Notes: generated by a model from the sequence alone, not told the origin. DNA of 64,000 bases from Parcubacteria group bacterium (GCA_028286615.1 JAQBRG010000003.1:13125-77124), one strand, 5' to 3'; shown: positions 18,834 to 28,286, counted from the stretch's first letter. Numbers and translations are program-made.

Positions 18834-18866
18834 AAAACAGCCTGGGATGCCAGGCTGTTTTTATCG
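18834..18866 (-). terminator. rho-independent terminator directly after dnaK
   Basis: aacagccugg-cauc-ccaggcuguu, a 10-bp stem, followed by a T-rich run; palindromic, so active in both orientations. Confidence 0.7.
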
Positions 18867-20777
18867 CTATGCCTCTGGAGGTTTCTCCGTAAACTCAGCA
18901 TCTGTTGCTCCAGCTTCTGGAGGAGTCTCAGGATTTGGCTGAGCACCTGCTGCGGGCTGGTCTTTCATCATGGCTTCGCCAATCTTTGAGAGCGAAGTCG
19001 AGAGAGCTTCGGACGCAGACTTAATAGCTTCAATGCTATCTCCGTCCTTGGCTGTGCGTAGTGCAGCAATCTTTTCGTTCACCTCAGTTACAACCTCTGC
19101 AGGAGCTTTCTCTCCAGCGTCCTTAATTGCTTTCTCAGCAGTGTAAATCATCTGTTCAGCAATGTTCTTGCTCTCAACAAGCTCCTTTCGCTTGAGGTCT
19201 TCTGAAGCATGCGCTTCTGCGTCTGCTTTCATCTTTTCAATGTCTTCTTTAGAAAGTCCTGTTGAGCCCTCAATACGGATACTCTGCTCTTTGCCCGTTG
19301 TCTTCTCAAGAGCCTTAACGGTTAGGATGCCGTTCGCGTCTACGTCGAATGTAACTTCAACCTGAGGAAGGCCGCGAGGAGCTGGAGGAATGCCCTCAAG
19401 CATGAAGCGTCCAAGAGACTTGTTGTCTGCAGACATGGCGCGTTCTCCTTGAGTAATATGGATTTCTACACCGGTCTGGTTGTCTGCTGCAGTTGAGAAT
19501 GTCTGAGAGCGAGAGGTTGGCACCGCGGTGTTGCGTTCAATGAGCTTAGTTGCAACGCCTCCCATGGTCTCAATGGAAAGTGAAAGGGGGATAACATCAA
19601 CGAGAAGAATATCCTTTACGTCTCCCTGTAGAACTCCCGCCTGAATAGCAGCACCAATAGCCACAACCTCGTCTGGGTTTACATCCATGTGCGGATCCTT
19701 TCCAAAGAGTTTCTTAACCTCTTCCTGAATGCGAGGCATACGTGTCTGGCCACCAACGAGAATAACCTCGCCAATGTCGGCAGCTTTCATGCCTGAAGCT
19801 TCTAGAGCCCGCTTGGTTATGTCTATAGAACGAGTAACAAACTCTTCTGAAAGAGACTCGAGTGTTGCACGCGTGAGCTTAACAAGAAGGTGCTGTGGGT
19901 TGCCGCTTCCGTCTACGGTTATGAACGGAATGTTAACCTCAGTCTCGCTTGCTGTAGAGAGTTCGTGCTTTGCTTTCTCAGCCCCTTCATCAAGGCGCTG
20001 GAGCGCAAGAGGATCCTTGGTTACATCAAGTCCACTCTGCTTCTTAAACTCGTCAGCTATATAGCGAACAATCTTCTGATCTATATCGCGACCTCCCATG
20101 TGTGAGTCTCCATCGGTTGAACGAACTTCAATAGTTAGTTCTCCCGCGTCTCCGATAGCAACTTCAAGTACAGACACGTCGAAGGTTCCTCCTCCGAAGT
20201 CGTACACAACAATCTTCTCGTCTTTCTTTTTATTAAATCCGTATGCAAGAGCAGCGGCAGTTGGTTCGTTGATGATGCGCTTAACATCGAGCCCTGCAAC
20301 CTGCCCTGCGGCCTTAGTTGCTGCACGCTGTGCGTCGTTAAAGTATGCAGGAACGGTAATAACTGCTTCAGTTATTTTTTCTCCAAGCTTTGCCTCGGCA
20401 TCTGCCTTGAGCTTTGAAAGAATCATCGCTGACACTTCCTCAGGACGGTAGTCTTTGTCGCCAAGATGTACCTGTACGCCTCCGTCTGGGCCTGCCTTGA
20501 TCTCATACGGCACAACACCTTTATCGTTCTGAACTGCCTCATCCTTGAAGCTATGTCCCATGAAGCGCTTGATACCGTAGATAGTATTCTTCGGGTTCGT
20601 AACAGCCTGACGCTTTGCGAGCGTTCCAACGAGCCGCTCCCCGTTCTTAGCGATAGCAACAACAGACGGCGTAGTGCGCTGTCCTTCTGCGTTCTCTAGA
20701 ACGCGTGGTTCGCCTCCCTCCATGATTGCCATGGCGGAGTTTGTGGTACCGAGGTCAATGCCAAGAATCTTTGCCAT
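18867..20777 (-). CDS. dnaK: molecular chaperone DnaK (Hsp70)
   Basis: [25 protein letters not shown] and the other Hsp70 signatures are present, with a C-terminal EEVD-like acidic tail. Confidence 0.97.
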   Translation of the reverse strand: MAKILGIDLGTTNSAMAIMEGGEPRVLENAEGQRTTPSVVAIAKNGERLVGTLAKRQAVTNPKNTIYGIKRFMGHSFKDEAVQNDKGVVPYEIKAGPDGGVQVHLGDKDYRPEEVSAMILSKLKADAEAKLGEKITEAVITVPAYFNDAQRAATKAAGQVAGLDVKRIINEPTAAALAYGFNKKKDEKIVVYDFGGGTFDVSVLEVAIGDAGELTIEVRSTDGDSHMGGRDIDQKIVRYIADEFKKQSGLDVTKDPLALQRLDEGAEKAKHELSTASETEVNIPFITVDGSGNPQHLLVKLTRATLESLSEEFVTRSIDITKRALEASGMKAADIGEVILVGGQTRMPRIQEEVKKLFGKDPHMDVNPDEVVAIGAAIQAGVLQGDVKDILLVDVIPLSLSIETMGGVATKLIERNTAVPTSRSQTFSTAADNQTGVEIHITQGERAMSADNKSLGRFMLEGIPPAPRGLPQVEVTFDVDANGILTVKALEKTTGKEQSIRIEGSTGLSKEDIEKMKADAEAHASEDLKRKELVESKNIAEQMIYTAEKAIKDAGEKAPAEVVTEVNEKIAALRTAKDGDSIEAIKSASEALSTSLSKIGEAMMKDQPAAGAQPNPETPPEAGATDAEFTEKPPEA

Positions 20778-20868
20778 AAGGAAAAGTAAAACTAGTTAAT
20801 AAGAATTTAGAAATAGCCCTTCGCACCTGATGTATTCATTTTACTACTCTCGCGCCTAGGTTCAAGGG

Positions 20869-21417
20869 CTAGGCCTCAAAGTGCCCAACACGAACTTTGG
20901 CGGGACGGATAACCATATCCCCAGCCTTCCAGCCTGGTTGAAGGACGAGCGTAACCGCATCGTCCTCATCAGCTTCATGTACCACATCTTGTCCTAAGGC
21001 TTCGTGAAGAACAGGATCGAACTTTTCTCCTTTCTCCCCAAAAGATACAAGACCAAGTTCTTTTGCTGCAGTCTCAAGCTGTCTCGCAATGCCCTGGAAG
21101 CCCTCAGGAAGCTCGGTAGCGAGAGCTAGAGAGTCTAGTGCGGGCAGAATAGCCTTTATGGCTTTCATCTTGCCCAAATCAACTGCGCGTAGCTTGTCTT
21201 CCTCAAAGCGTTTGAGCGCATTTACATAGTCCGCCTTAGCACGCTGCCAACCGTCCATGTATTCCTGTCGCTCTTTCTTAACTTGGTCGAGTTCCTTCTT
21301 GAGCTTGGTTGACTTCGTGTCTGCACGGCTCTCAACAGAATCGAGTTCCTCTTCGCTCATGCCAGCCTCCTCGTGGCCGTCTTGTTCAATTGAAATGTCA
21401 TCCTCATCCATATGCAT
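20869..21417 (-). CDS. grpE: nucleotide exchange factor GrpE
   Basis: A coiled-coil N-terminus is followed by a C-terminal GrpE beta domain. It sits immediately upstream of dnaK. Confidence 0.85.
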   Translation of the reverse strand: MHMDEDDISIEQDGHEEAGMSEEELDSVESRADTKSTKLKKELDQVKKERQEYMDGWQRAKADYVNALKRFEEDKLRAVDLGKMKAIKAILPALDSLALATELPEGFQGIARQLETAAKELGLVSFGEKGEKFDPVLHEALGQDVVHEADEDDAVTLVLQPGWKAGDMVIRPAKVRVGHFEA

Positions 21418-21523
21418 TGAATATGCCTGAAGTGGAGGAGAGAGTCAAAGTCCCATGTAGTAGATCATAGTAAATAGAAAAAGGACGGCCACGCTCTTGC
21501 GTTAAGCCGTCCCTTCATGAGTC

Positions 21524-21817
21524 TTATCCGTTCCGGATCTTGTAGTAGATCCAGTTCCAGTCGGAACGCCGGATCACCTTGCGCACGTTCAGAGCCGGCG
21601 ACGCGTCGATCCAGCTGTCAGAACCGTACGGCTCCACCTGGATCCGGTAGGTGCCCCTAATGTCGATGACGAATGCACCGGCGCACTTCTTCGCGGCCTC
21701 CACGTAGGTGTAGCCGCACGGCCTATAAGGGCCGAGGTATCCGGGCCTGGCTTCTGCCGTGGACGCCGTCATGATGGTGACAGACATGCACAAGGCAAGC
21801 AACGTAAACGCACGCAT
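21524..21817 (-). CDS. small secreted protein (signal peptide), encoded in a distinctly GC-rich stretch
   Basis: The N-terminal signal peptide is MRAFTLLALCMSVTIMTASTAEA. Two Cys are present. Local GC is by eye about 60% against about 47% in the window overall. Confidence 0.45.
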   Translation of the reverse strand: MRAFTLLALCMSVTIMTASTAEARPGYLGPYRPCGYTYVEAAKKCAGAFVIDIRGTYRIQVEPYGSDSWIDASPALNVRKVIRRSDWNWIYYKIRNG

Positions 21818-21895
21818 CTAATCCTCGATTCGAAAGAGTTGAAACTTATATAAGTATACAGTCATTAATAGAAATGTCAAACTACTGCTCTTTTA

Positions 21896-22438
21896 TTAAA
21901 AGAAGCTTAAGATCCAGGAGATAAGAGAATTCCAGATCTGGATGATGCGCGAAGGTGTGTGCTCAGCCGTTGTGGTGGCTTCTGTGCTGGTAGCTGTAGT
22001 GGTGGCAGCAACCTCAACAGGGGCAACTACAGGCGCTGGTTTTTCGTATGCAGTGCAGTATCCAGGAGTTGGCTCGTTCATACAGGCACGCATCGTACAG
22101 ATGCTCTGGCCGTTAGGCCGTTTGCTGCAAGAGTTACAGCCATCGAACCACGCAATACAGCTTGCGGGCGGCTTGTACGGCTCAGTTGGTTTTATGGGGC
22201 CAGATTCTTTCTCGGTACACTCTCCATCATGAATATAGGTTCCCTTTTCAGCTCCAAGGGTGCAGCTGTTGCCGTACGTGTGATACATAGGGTAGCAAGG
22301 CGCGGCAAAGCACTGTACCTGCTGTGCTCCACAGACTGGTTGATACTGTTGAGTACACATTGTTTGTTCTTCAGCACGAACTAGCTGAGGGGCTACTATC
22401 GCCACCAGGAATGCGAGGGGAATAAGAATAGATTTCAT
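21896..22438 (-). CDS. secreted Cys-rich protein with a Kazal-like motif, a Thr/Ala-rich linker and a C-terminal hydrophobic anchor
   Basis: A signal peptide is present. QPVCG...TYGNSC resembles the Kazal PxCG...TYxNxC core. There are 15 Cys. A TTTATSTEATTTAE linker precedes a hydrophobic C-terminus. Confidence 0.55.
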   Translation of the reverse strand: MKSILIPLAFLVAIVAPQLVRAEEQTMCTQQYQPVCGAQQVQCFAAPCYPMYHTYGNSCTLGAEKGTYIHDGECTEKESGPIKPTEPYKPPASCIAWFDGCNSCSKRPNGQSICTMRACMNEPTPGYCTAYEKPAPVVAPVEVAATTTATSTEATTTAEHTPSRIIQIWNSLISWILSFF

Positions 22439-22534
22439 ATGTATAAGTATAGACGGTGTTTATTGCCAACTCTTACTAATACACTGTACTGACAATGTAT
22501 TGACACATGAATTCAGCTTATATAAACTGAGTGT

Positions 22535-22804
22535 ATGACAACCACAATTCAGCTTCGAATTGACGAGAAGATGAAAAAAGCTGCTCAATCAGTATTTGAA
22601 AAAATGGGCTTGGATCTCTCAAGTGGGGTGAAGCTATACCTAGCACAGGTTATACAGGAACAAGGCCTTCCATTTACTCCTCGCACCATAAACAGTCTTA
22701 CTCCTGCGTACGAAGCACGTCTTCTCTCTGAAGCGAAGTCTGCTAAGAAAAAAGGTACTTCTTATCGTTCCGCGAAAGCTGCGCTACAAGATATTTTGCC
22801 TTAG
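22535..22804 (+). CDS. dinJ: type II antitoxin, RelB/DinJ family
   Basis: The N-terminal ribbon-helix-helix sequence IQLRIDEKMKKAAQSVFEKMGLDLSSGVKLYLAQV...LPF closely resembles DinJ. It is followed 3 nt later by a YafQ-like toxin. Confidence 0.8.
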   Translation: MTTTIQLRIDEKMKKAAQSVFEKMGLDLSSGVKLYLAQVIQEQGLPFTPRTINSLTPAYEARLLSEAKSAKKKGTSYRSAKAALQDILP

Positions 22805-22807
22805 TCC

Positions 22808-23083
22808 ATGTATGAGCTTCGCTTCTCTCATCTTGCAAAGAAGTCACTGAAGAAACTTGCTCGAAGCGGTTCATTTGATGCAAAAGGTCTAGAAACAGCT
22901 CTTGACTGCTTTATTGCAGGTACAACTTTGCCGTCTAAATTCAAAGACCATCAACTCAAAGGGGACCTTTCAAGTTTTAGAGAATGCCATCTTGGCTTTG
23001 ATCTGCTTGTGAAGTACGAAAGAGACGAATCACTCAAGATGGTCATCATTGCAGACATAGGAACCCATAACAGTATCTTCTGA
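22808..23083 (+). CDS. yafQ: type II toxin, YafQ/RelE family mRNA interferase
   Basis: The motif DHQLKGDLSSFRECHLGFDLLVKY matches the YafQ DHKLTGxxxxxRDCHIxPDxLLIY pattern. Size is 91 aa. Confidence 0.8.
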   Translation: MYELRFSHLAKKSLKKLARSGSFDAKGLETALDCFIAGTTLPSKFKDHQLKGDLSSFRECHLGFDLLVKYERDESLKMVIIADIGTHNSIF

Positions 23084-23160
23084 TGTTGACAAATATACTT
23101 AAAAGTGTTAGTCTAAATAACACTGATCTTTAGCAACACTCATTCGCCAAAGGGTTTCCA

Positions 23161-23376
23161 ATGAAAATTCTTTACGCTACTCTCGCCTCGGTTCTGCTGC
23201 TCACCGCCTGCGGAGAAACAAACGAGAAGAAATGCTCACGTCTGTACGACCAAGCGGCTAAATACGAAGCATCCTTTCCTACGCCGGCCGGCCGGCACAT
23301 GCGTCGCAGCAGCCACCGTCTAACGAAGGAAGAGAGTGTGCAGTTCTGTCTCGCCGACCTGCAAGACAAGAACTGA
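23161..23376 (+). CDS. small lipoprotein
   Basis: A lipobox LLTAC follows the signal peptide. The 3' end is GC-rich. A terminator hairpin follows. Confidence 0.45.
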   Translation: MKILYATLASVLLLTACGETNEKKCSRLYDQAAKYEASFPTPAGRHMRRSSHRLTKEESVQFCLADLQDKN

Positions 23377-23381
23377 ATTCC

Positions 23382-23414
23382 GGGAGCATCTTAGCCAGAT
23401 GCTCCCTTGTTTTA
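23382..23414 (+). terminator. rho-independent terminator after the lipoprotein gene
   Basis: Stem gggagcat/atgctccc of 8 bp followed by ttgtttt. Confidence 0.6.
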
Positions 23415-23525
23415 TATAACTGAGTAAAAAGAATCCCAGACATAAACCTGGGGGGTTTCTTACAAGACTAATGCTTACGAAAGACTTACCATCCAAATTT
23501 TCTAACAGTAAGGTTTTATTGCTCA

Positions 23526-23560
23526 GTGTAAAACAAAAAGCAACAGTTTTAGCTGTTGCT
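23526..23560 (-). terminator. rho-independent terminator downstream of the HNH-AP2 gene
   Basis: On the minus strand: agcaacag-cuaaaa-cuguugcu followed by ttttgtttt. Confidence 0.6.
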
Positions 23561-23588
23561 TAGTTTGTGGCCACGTTGTCCCATTGCC

Positions 23589-24203
23589 TTAGAATACAGG
23601 TTCCACATCATTGTATGGCATGGCTTGAATGGCAGAGTCCTCAGGGAAATCTGCTTTGAGGTTTCGCAGATACCGATTGTACATTCGATACCCTTCCTCT
23701 TGATTCGGAGCAATTCCAACGTAGCGATTCTTGCCCTGCAGAACTATCCGAACTTCCCAGCGACTGCTAGTACGTACCCAGAGCACCCCTCTACGTGATG
23801 AGTATGTTATAAACGCTAGGTTTGATCGCCTGAAATCAAGCAAATGGTCGACTCTACAGACAGGGCCATCAAGCGACCTTCCCATGCGTTCCCATATTAT
23901 ATGGTTTAGAGTCATGCAGGACACTTCCCCAGCAACAGACCGTCGCCTTCGGATTTGAATACTTTGTTGTCTACTCTTGCCGCAGATATTTCCGCACCAA
24001 ATGTATTCTTTCATCACCTCCAGATCTTCAGGAGAGACGAGTACATACCACCCATACAGAGCGGACGGGTTTCGGTTTCTAAGACGACACGCAACAAAGG
24101 GACCTTTCTCGTCACTGCCTTTCACAAAATCACGCCCGATTGCTTGAGCATGAGTGAAGAGAGGCGTGAGCGGCTTCCCGTTAAGCATGACTGGTTTGGC
24201 CAT
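23589..24203 (-). CDS. HNH endonuclease with a C-terminal AP2 DNA-binding domain (phage/intron-type homing-endonuclease architecture)
   Basis: The HNH_3-type motif VDHLLDFRRSNL matches DHxxxxxxNRxxNL. A Cys pair is upstream (CGNICG). The AP2-like segment is WEVRIVLQGKNRYVGIAPNQEEGYRMYNRY. Confidence 0.7.
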   Translation of the reverse strand: MAKPVMLNGKPLTPLFTHAQAIGRDFVKGSDEKGPFVACRLRNRNPSALYGWYVLVSPEDLEVMKEYIWCGNICGKSRQQSIQIRRRRSVAGEVSCMTLNHIIWERMGRSLDGPVCRVDHLLDFRRSNLAFITYSSRRGVLWVRTSSRWEVRIVLQGKNRYVGIAPNQEEGYRMYNRYLRNLKADFPEDSAIQAMPYNDVEPVF

Positions 24204-24562
24204 CTGTCTCTCCCAAATAACAAATACAGCTGCGTGGAGTCTACAAGAAGGGTTGGGTAAGTCAATTTATGCGCCATTACTAATATCTATCTCCTAATTA
24301 CAAAAAGGACCGCATCCAAACCAAGGCTTGGATGCGGTGAGGAATTTGTGCATTCGATCATTCTAACGTCTTATTCATTAGACGCATGACGATTTCGGTC
24401 AAGTTTTGAAAAACTCGGCACAACACCGGTCGGCAGAAAGATGGGGGTAGACAGGAGGCGCACAAACCATCTCTCCTTGATGTTGCATGTAGGACAATCC
24501 GACGTATCTCTTCCTTGCGTCTTGCGCGCCTAGACTAATACTGTAACAAATAAATACTCTTT

Positions 24563-24602
24563 GTCAAAGAGAAACCCCGTCTTGAAACGGGGTCTTTCTC
24601 TT
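24563..24602 (-). terminator. terminator after rpsI (end of the ribosomal/rpoA operon)
   Basis: Stem ccccgt/acgggg with T-rich tracts on both sides, immediately after the rpsI stop. Confidence 0.6.
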
Positions 24603-24608
24603 ATAAAA

Positions 24609-25010
24609 CTAACGCTTGCTCCACTGAGGACGCTTGCGGGCCTTGAGAAGACCTGGCTTCTTTCGTTCCTTAGCACGAGGATCACGAGTGAGAAGTCCTG
24701 CAGCCTTGAGAGTCTTGCGGCTTCCCTCTTCTGCCTTCTCAACTGCGCGAGCAATAGCATGACGAACTGCCTGAGCCTGAGCTGAGATGCCACCACCCTG
24801 TACCTTTGCTTCTACAGCATAAGTATCTTTCCACTCTCCTGCGCGGAATACGTCGGTGGTAACTGACTCGCGCTCTGCGGTCTTGAAGTAGTCCTTAGCA
24901 GACACACCGTTAACCATAACGGAGGTCTTAGCTGCAGGAGTAAGCTTCACGCGAGCGCTCGCAGTCTTGCGGCGTCCGACAGCGACAGTGTAGTTGGTTG
25001 ATTCGGGCAT
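24609..25010 (-). CDS. rpsI: 30S ribosomal protein S9
   Basis: The C-terminus is ...ARKRPQWSKR and length is typical. Confidence 0.95.
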   Translation of the reverse strand: MPESTNYTVAVGRRKTASARVKLTPAAKTSVMVNGVSAKDYFKTAERESVTTDVFRAGEWKDTYAVEAKVQGGGISAQAQAVRHAIARAVEKAEEGSRKTLKAAGLLTRDPRAKERKKPGLLKARKRPQWSKR

Positions 25011-25028
25011 AGTAAATCTCGGGTGCTA

Positions 25029-25412
25029 TTAATCGACGAGCGTAAGACGCTTCATGCGCTCCTTGCGAAGCGAGTTGCGAGGGATCATACCGTCTACGGC
25101 TTTGCGCATAACCTCCCCGATGCCTTTCTTCTCGATAAGCATCTGCATGGTGGTGGTGATAAGACCTCCTGGGTACTGTGTGTAACGTGTGTAGGCTTTT
25201 CCAGCGATACGACGCTCGCTCATAAGAAGCTTTGATACGTTTACAACCTCAACTTCAACAGGAAGCACTTCGTTCTTCATAAAGTGAGGAGACTTCTTGC
25301 CTAGGAGTGCTGATGCAGCCTCAGAAGCAACACGGCCGAGGGACTGGCCCGCTGCATCGATGGTGTAGAGCGTACGCTCTCCTTTCTGAGTCTTAGTGAT
25401 GGTCATAGTCAT
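25029..25412 (-). CDS. rplM: 50S ribosomal protein L13 (start trimmed to an internal Met to avoid overlap with rplQ)
   Basis: L13-like sequence. The supplied ORF extends 5' into rplQ, so the true start is probably MTMTITKT. Confidence 0.9.
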   Translation of the reverse strand: MTMTITKTQKGERTLYTIDAAGQSLGRVASEAASALLGKKSPHFMKNEVLPVEVEVVNVSKLLMSERRIAGKAYTRYTQYPGGLITTTMQMLIEKKGIGEVMRKAVDGMIPRNSLRKERMKRLTLVD

Positions 25413-25413
25413 G

Positions 25414-25767
25414 TTATACGAAGGCGATGTACGCGGTCTTGCGTCCGTCTGTTGCGGTTGCTGCACGCTTTACGATACGAGTGTATCCTCCAGGACGTTC
25501 AACGTAGCGAGGAGCGATAGAAGCGAAAAGCTTCTTGGTAACCTCGTCATCGTTTCCAAGACGAGCTGATACCAGACGACGGTTCGCTACGCTATCAACG
25601 CGAGCGTGAGAAACAAGCTTCTCGATGATAGGTCGGAGTTCCTTGGCCTTGGCCTCGGTTGTTGAAATACGCTCGTGAATGATGAGCGAACGCATAAGGC
25701 CTCGCATAAGCGCAGTGCGCTGGTCATGCGAGCGTCCAAATGATCGTCCTTTATGTTGATGGCGCAT
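25414..25767 (-). CDS. rplQ: 50S ribosomal protein L17
   Basis: MRHQHKGRSFGR..., typical L17. Confidence 0.93.
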   Translation of the reverse strand: MRHQHKGRSFGRSHDQRTALMRGLMRSLIIHERISTTEAKAKELRPIIEKLVSHARVDSVANRRLVSARLGNDDEVTKKLFASIAPRYVERPGGYTRIVKRAATATDGRKTAYIAFV

Positions 25768-25803
25768 ACGTAGTTTTTAACACGAATCCTTACTATAGGC
25801 TAC

Positions 25804-26778
25804 TTATTCGCCTTTGAGCTCCAAACCGAGCTTGTCGAGGGCTTCAGCGATCTCAGTTACGGCCTTGTCGCCGATACCATCCATCTCCTTAAGCTGCGTG
25901 CCGGTCTTGCGAACGAGACCTGCTACAGACTTGATACCTCCCTCTTCTAGGGCGGCTGAGATGCGAGGGCTGAGCTCGAGTTCCTCAATCTTTACCTTAG
26001 CGGGATCCTTGCCCACTGCAGGCGCTACAACGGCCGCAGGCTTTGCCATACCAGCAATTGCAGGAATTGATACGTCATGAGTCTCGGTCTCCTCCTGGAA
26101 GCCAATTACAGACTTAAGCTGGTGGATCATGATCTCAATTGAGCGCTCAAGAGCCTCACGAGGTGTGATGGTTCCGTTGGTCTCAATAAGAAGGCGAAGA
26201 CGGTTGAAGTCTGTTCGGTCTCCAACGCGCATGTTCTCAACTTCGTAGTTGGCACGGCGAATAGGAGTGAACGTAGCATCAAGAGCGATAGTACCGATGT
26301 CTACCTTGTCGCGGGTAAGAACCTCGCGAGGTACGTAGCCAAGACCGCGCTCGATGGTTGCCTCAAGTTCAAAAGCGATCTTGCCAGAAACGTCAGCAAT
26401 GTGTGCTTCTGGGTTAGCAATACCAACCTGGGTTGGAAGCTGGAAATCTGCTGCAGTTACTTGCTTAGGACCTTTTACTGAAAGACGAATGGTCTGCGCC
26501 TCGTCTCCCTGAAGAGTGAAGTGTACGCGCTTAAGGTTAAGGAGAACCTCCATAACTGATTCGCGAACACCTTCCATGGTTGCGAATTCGTGCTGTACGC
26601 CCTCAATCTTTACAGACGTAACGGACGCTCCTGGAAGTGAGGAAAGAATAATACGGCGAAGCGAGTTTCCGAGTGTGTGACCGTATCCAGGGTATAGAGA
26701 ATCGATCTCATATACGCCCTGTACGCCCTCTTCAGAGACTACGCGAGGCTTAGACGGAAGTGTGATGTGGTGTTCCAT
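25804..26778 (-). CDS. rpoA: DNA-directed RNA polymerase alpha subunit
   Basis: N-terminal alpha-NTD, and a C-terminal alpha-CTD helix-hairpin-helix (GIGDKAVTEI). Confidence 0.95.
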   Translation of the reverse strand: MEHHITLPSKPRVVSEEGVQGVYEIDSLYPGYGHTLGNSLRRIILSSLPGASVTSVKIEGVQHEFATMEGVRESVMEVLLNLKRVHFTLQGDEAQTIRLSVKGPKQVTAADFQLPTQVGIANPEAHIADVSGKIAFELEATIERGLGYVPREVLTRDKVDIGTIALDATFTPIRRANYEVENMRVGDRTDFNRLRLLIETNGTITPREALERSIEIMIHQLKSVIGFQEETETHDVSIPAIAGMAKPAAVVAPAVGKDPAKVKIEELELSPRISAALEEGGIKSVAGLVRKTGTQLKEMDGIGDKAVTEIAEALDKLGLELKGE

Positions 26779-26828
26779 AACTCAATCAATGTTAACCAAA
26801 ATGTATAAAAGCACTGAGCACCTACGGA

Positions 26829-27446
26829 CTAACGGCTGTAGAACGAGAGCACCGTAACGAGATCTCCCGCTGGCTGCGCGCTTTCCATAGTAGGAACCTC
26901 TTGGAGGCTGCCTTCCATAGACTTCGCATTCCATGAGAGCCACGCAGGAAGCGTAGGACGCTCATTGAACTTCTCTGCGAAGTTCTCAAAGAGCCCTGCG
27001 CTCTTGCTACCGTCACGAACTGCAATCTTGTCTCCAGGACGCATAGCACGTGAAGGAATAGTTGTCTTAACTCCGTTCACGGTTATGTGGCCATGAGAGA
27101 CCATCTGACGAGCGCCACGTCGGCTCGGTGCAACACCGAGGCGGTACATAACGTTGTCGAGACGAAGCTCAAGATTGCGGTGAAGCACTTCGGTTGGAAT
27201 AGCTCCGTGAGTAGCAACGGCAGCACGCACGTATGCTGAGAACTGACGCTCAGAGATACCGTAGGTCATACGTACCTTCTGCTTCTCAAGAAGCTGCTTG
27301 CCGAATTCAGTCTGGTTACGACGTCCGCCAGAACGCTTGTTCTTTGCGGAACGCTCTTCAGCGAGTGCAAACTTCTGGCTCTGTGTCTTTGGGAAGACGC
27401 TTGCACCGAGACGCTTAGCTATTTTGTATTGTGGTCCAATTTTCAT
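26829..27446 (-). CDS. rpsD: 30S ribosomal protein S4
   Basis: An S4 domain is present, and the gene sits in the conserved rpsM-rpsK-rpsD-rpoA-rplQ order. Confidence 0.95.
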   Translation of the reverse strand: MKIGPQYKIAKRLGASVFPKTQSQKFALAEERSAKNKRSGGRRNQTEFGKQLLEKQKVRMTYGISERQFSAYVRAAVATHGAIPTEVLHRNLELRLDNVMYRLGVAPSRRGARQMVSHGHITVNGVKTTIPSRAMRPGDKIAVRDGSKSAGLFENFAEKFNERPTLPAWLSWNAKSMEGSLQEVPTMESAQPAGDLVTVLSFYSR

Positions 27447-27452
27447 ATGAGT

Positions 27453-27887
27453 TTATACGCGACGAGGCTTAGGGGGACGAGGTCCGTTATGTGGTACTGG
27501 AGTTGCGTCCTTGATTGAACGGATAGCAATACCCTTGCTTGAGAAGGCGCGAAGAGCAGACTCGCGTCCAGCTCCGATACCGCGAATAACAACTGAAGCT
27601 TCCTTGAGGCCGATTGCCATAGCCTTCTCACCGAGAAGCTCGCCAACCTTAGCCGCTGCATAAGGAGTTGATTTACGTGCGCCTGAGAAGCCAAGAGCTC
27701 CTGCAGAAGAAGACATGATTGCGTTTCCAGCATCGTCTGTAAGAACGGCCTTGGTGTTGTTGAAGGTAGCTTCAACATGGAGAATGCCGCGCTCGATGCG
27801 CTTCTTTGCAATCTTAGAAAGGGCACGCTCCTTGCGTCCCTGGTCGAGACCCTTTCCTGACTTCTTGATGATACGTTTCTTACCCAT
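27453..27887 (-). CDS. rpsK: 30S ribosomal protein S11
   Basis: The S11 signature and the conserved gene order. Confidence 0.95.
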   Translation of the reverse strand: MGKKRIIKKSGKGLDQGRKERALSKIAKKRIERGILHVEATFNNTKAVLTDDAGNAIMSSSAGALGFSGARKSTPYAAAKVGELLGEKAMAIGLKEASVVIRGIGAGRESALRAFSSKGIAIRSIKDATPVPHNGPRPPKPRRV

Positions 27888-27905
27888 AGGAAATTATATA
27901 AAGGA

Positions 27906-28286
27906 TTAGGTCTTCTCGAGCGTACGACGACCGCTACCCATAGTCTTGCGAGTGTTTCCACGAACAGTACGAGAGTTGGTCTTGGTGCGCTGATTGCGAA
28001 CTGGAAGACGGCGCTCGTGACGGATGCCACGTGCTGAACGAATATCCTTAAGGCGCTTGATGTTCTGTCCGATCTCACGGCGGAGCTCTCCTTCGATTGT
28101 GTATGCCTCAGCAAGAAGACGAATGCTCTGCTCTTCTTCTGGAGTTAGTTCACTTCCCTTCTTGGTCTCTGAAATCTTTGCTTCAGCAAGAATAAGACGA
28201 GAACGCATTGGACCGATGCCATAGATAAGAGGCAGCGCGTATAGGAGCTGCTTGTCATCTGGAAGGGTTACACCGGCGATACGCAT
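27906..28286 (-). CDS. rpsM: 30S ribosomal protein S13
   Basis: MRIAGVTLP..., typical S13. Confidence 0.95.
   Translation of the reverse strand: MRIAGVTLPDDKQLLYALPLIYGIGPMRSRLILAEAKISETKKGSELTPEEEQSIRLLAEAYTIEGELRREIGQNIKRLKDIRSARGIRHERRLPVRNQRTKTNSRTVRGNTRKTMGSGRRTLEKT

Noticed and set aside
18385-18835. Possibility that the dnaK-dnaJ spacer encodes RNase P RNA, tmRNA or SRP RNA
   Set aside because: I looked for the P4 GGAAAGUCCGG motif, the tmRNA tRNA-like 3' end (GGUUCGAAUCC...CCA) and the SRP domain IV motif on both strands and found none. The region is left as an unresolved ORF or ncRNA candidate only.
17334-20700. Numerous 60-230-aa ORFs inside dnaJ and dnaK on the opposite strand or in other frames (for example 17538..18140, 17645..18328, 19729..20064, 20098..20451)
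   Set aside because: They fall entirely within strongly supported chaperone genes and are Ser/Arg/Pro-rich, which is the antisense signature of GC-moderate coding DNA.
24204-24570. Non-coding stretch upstream of the HNH-AP2 gene as a possible tRNA or group I intron remnant
   Set aside because: No T-loop-like (GTTCRANYC) or anticodon-arm structure could be folded by eye. Only a hairpin at 24310..24337 was found. Kept only as part of the accessory-patch finding.
27443-28114. 223-aa minus-strand ORF overlapping rpsK and rpsM in another frame
   Set aside because: The ribosomal protein frames are unambiguous, so this is a shadow ORF.
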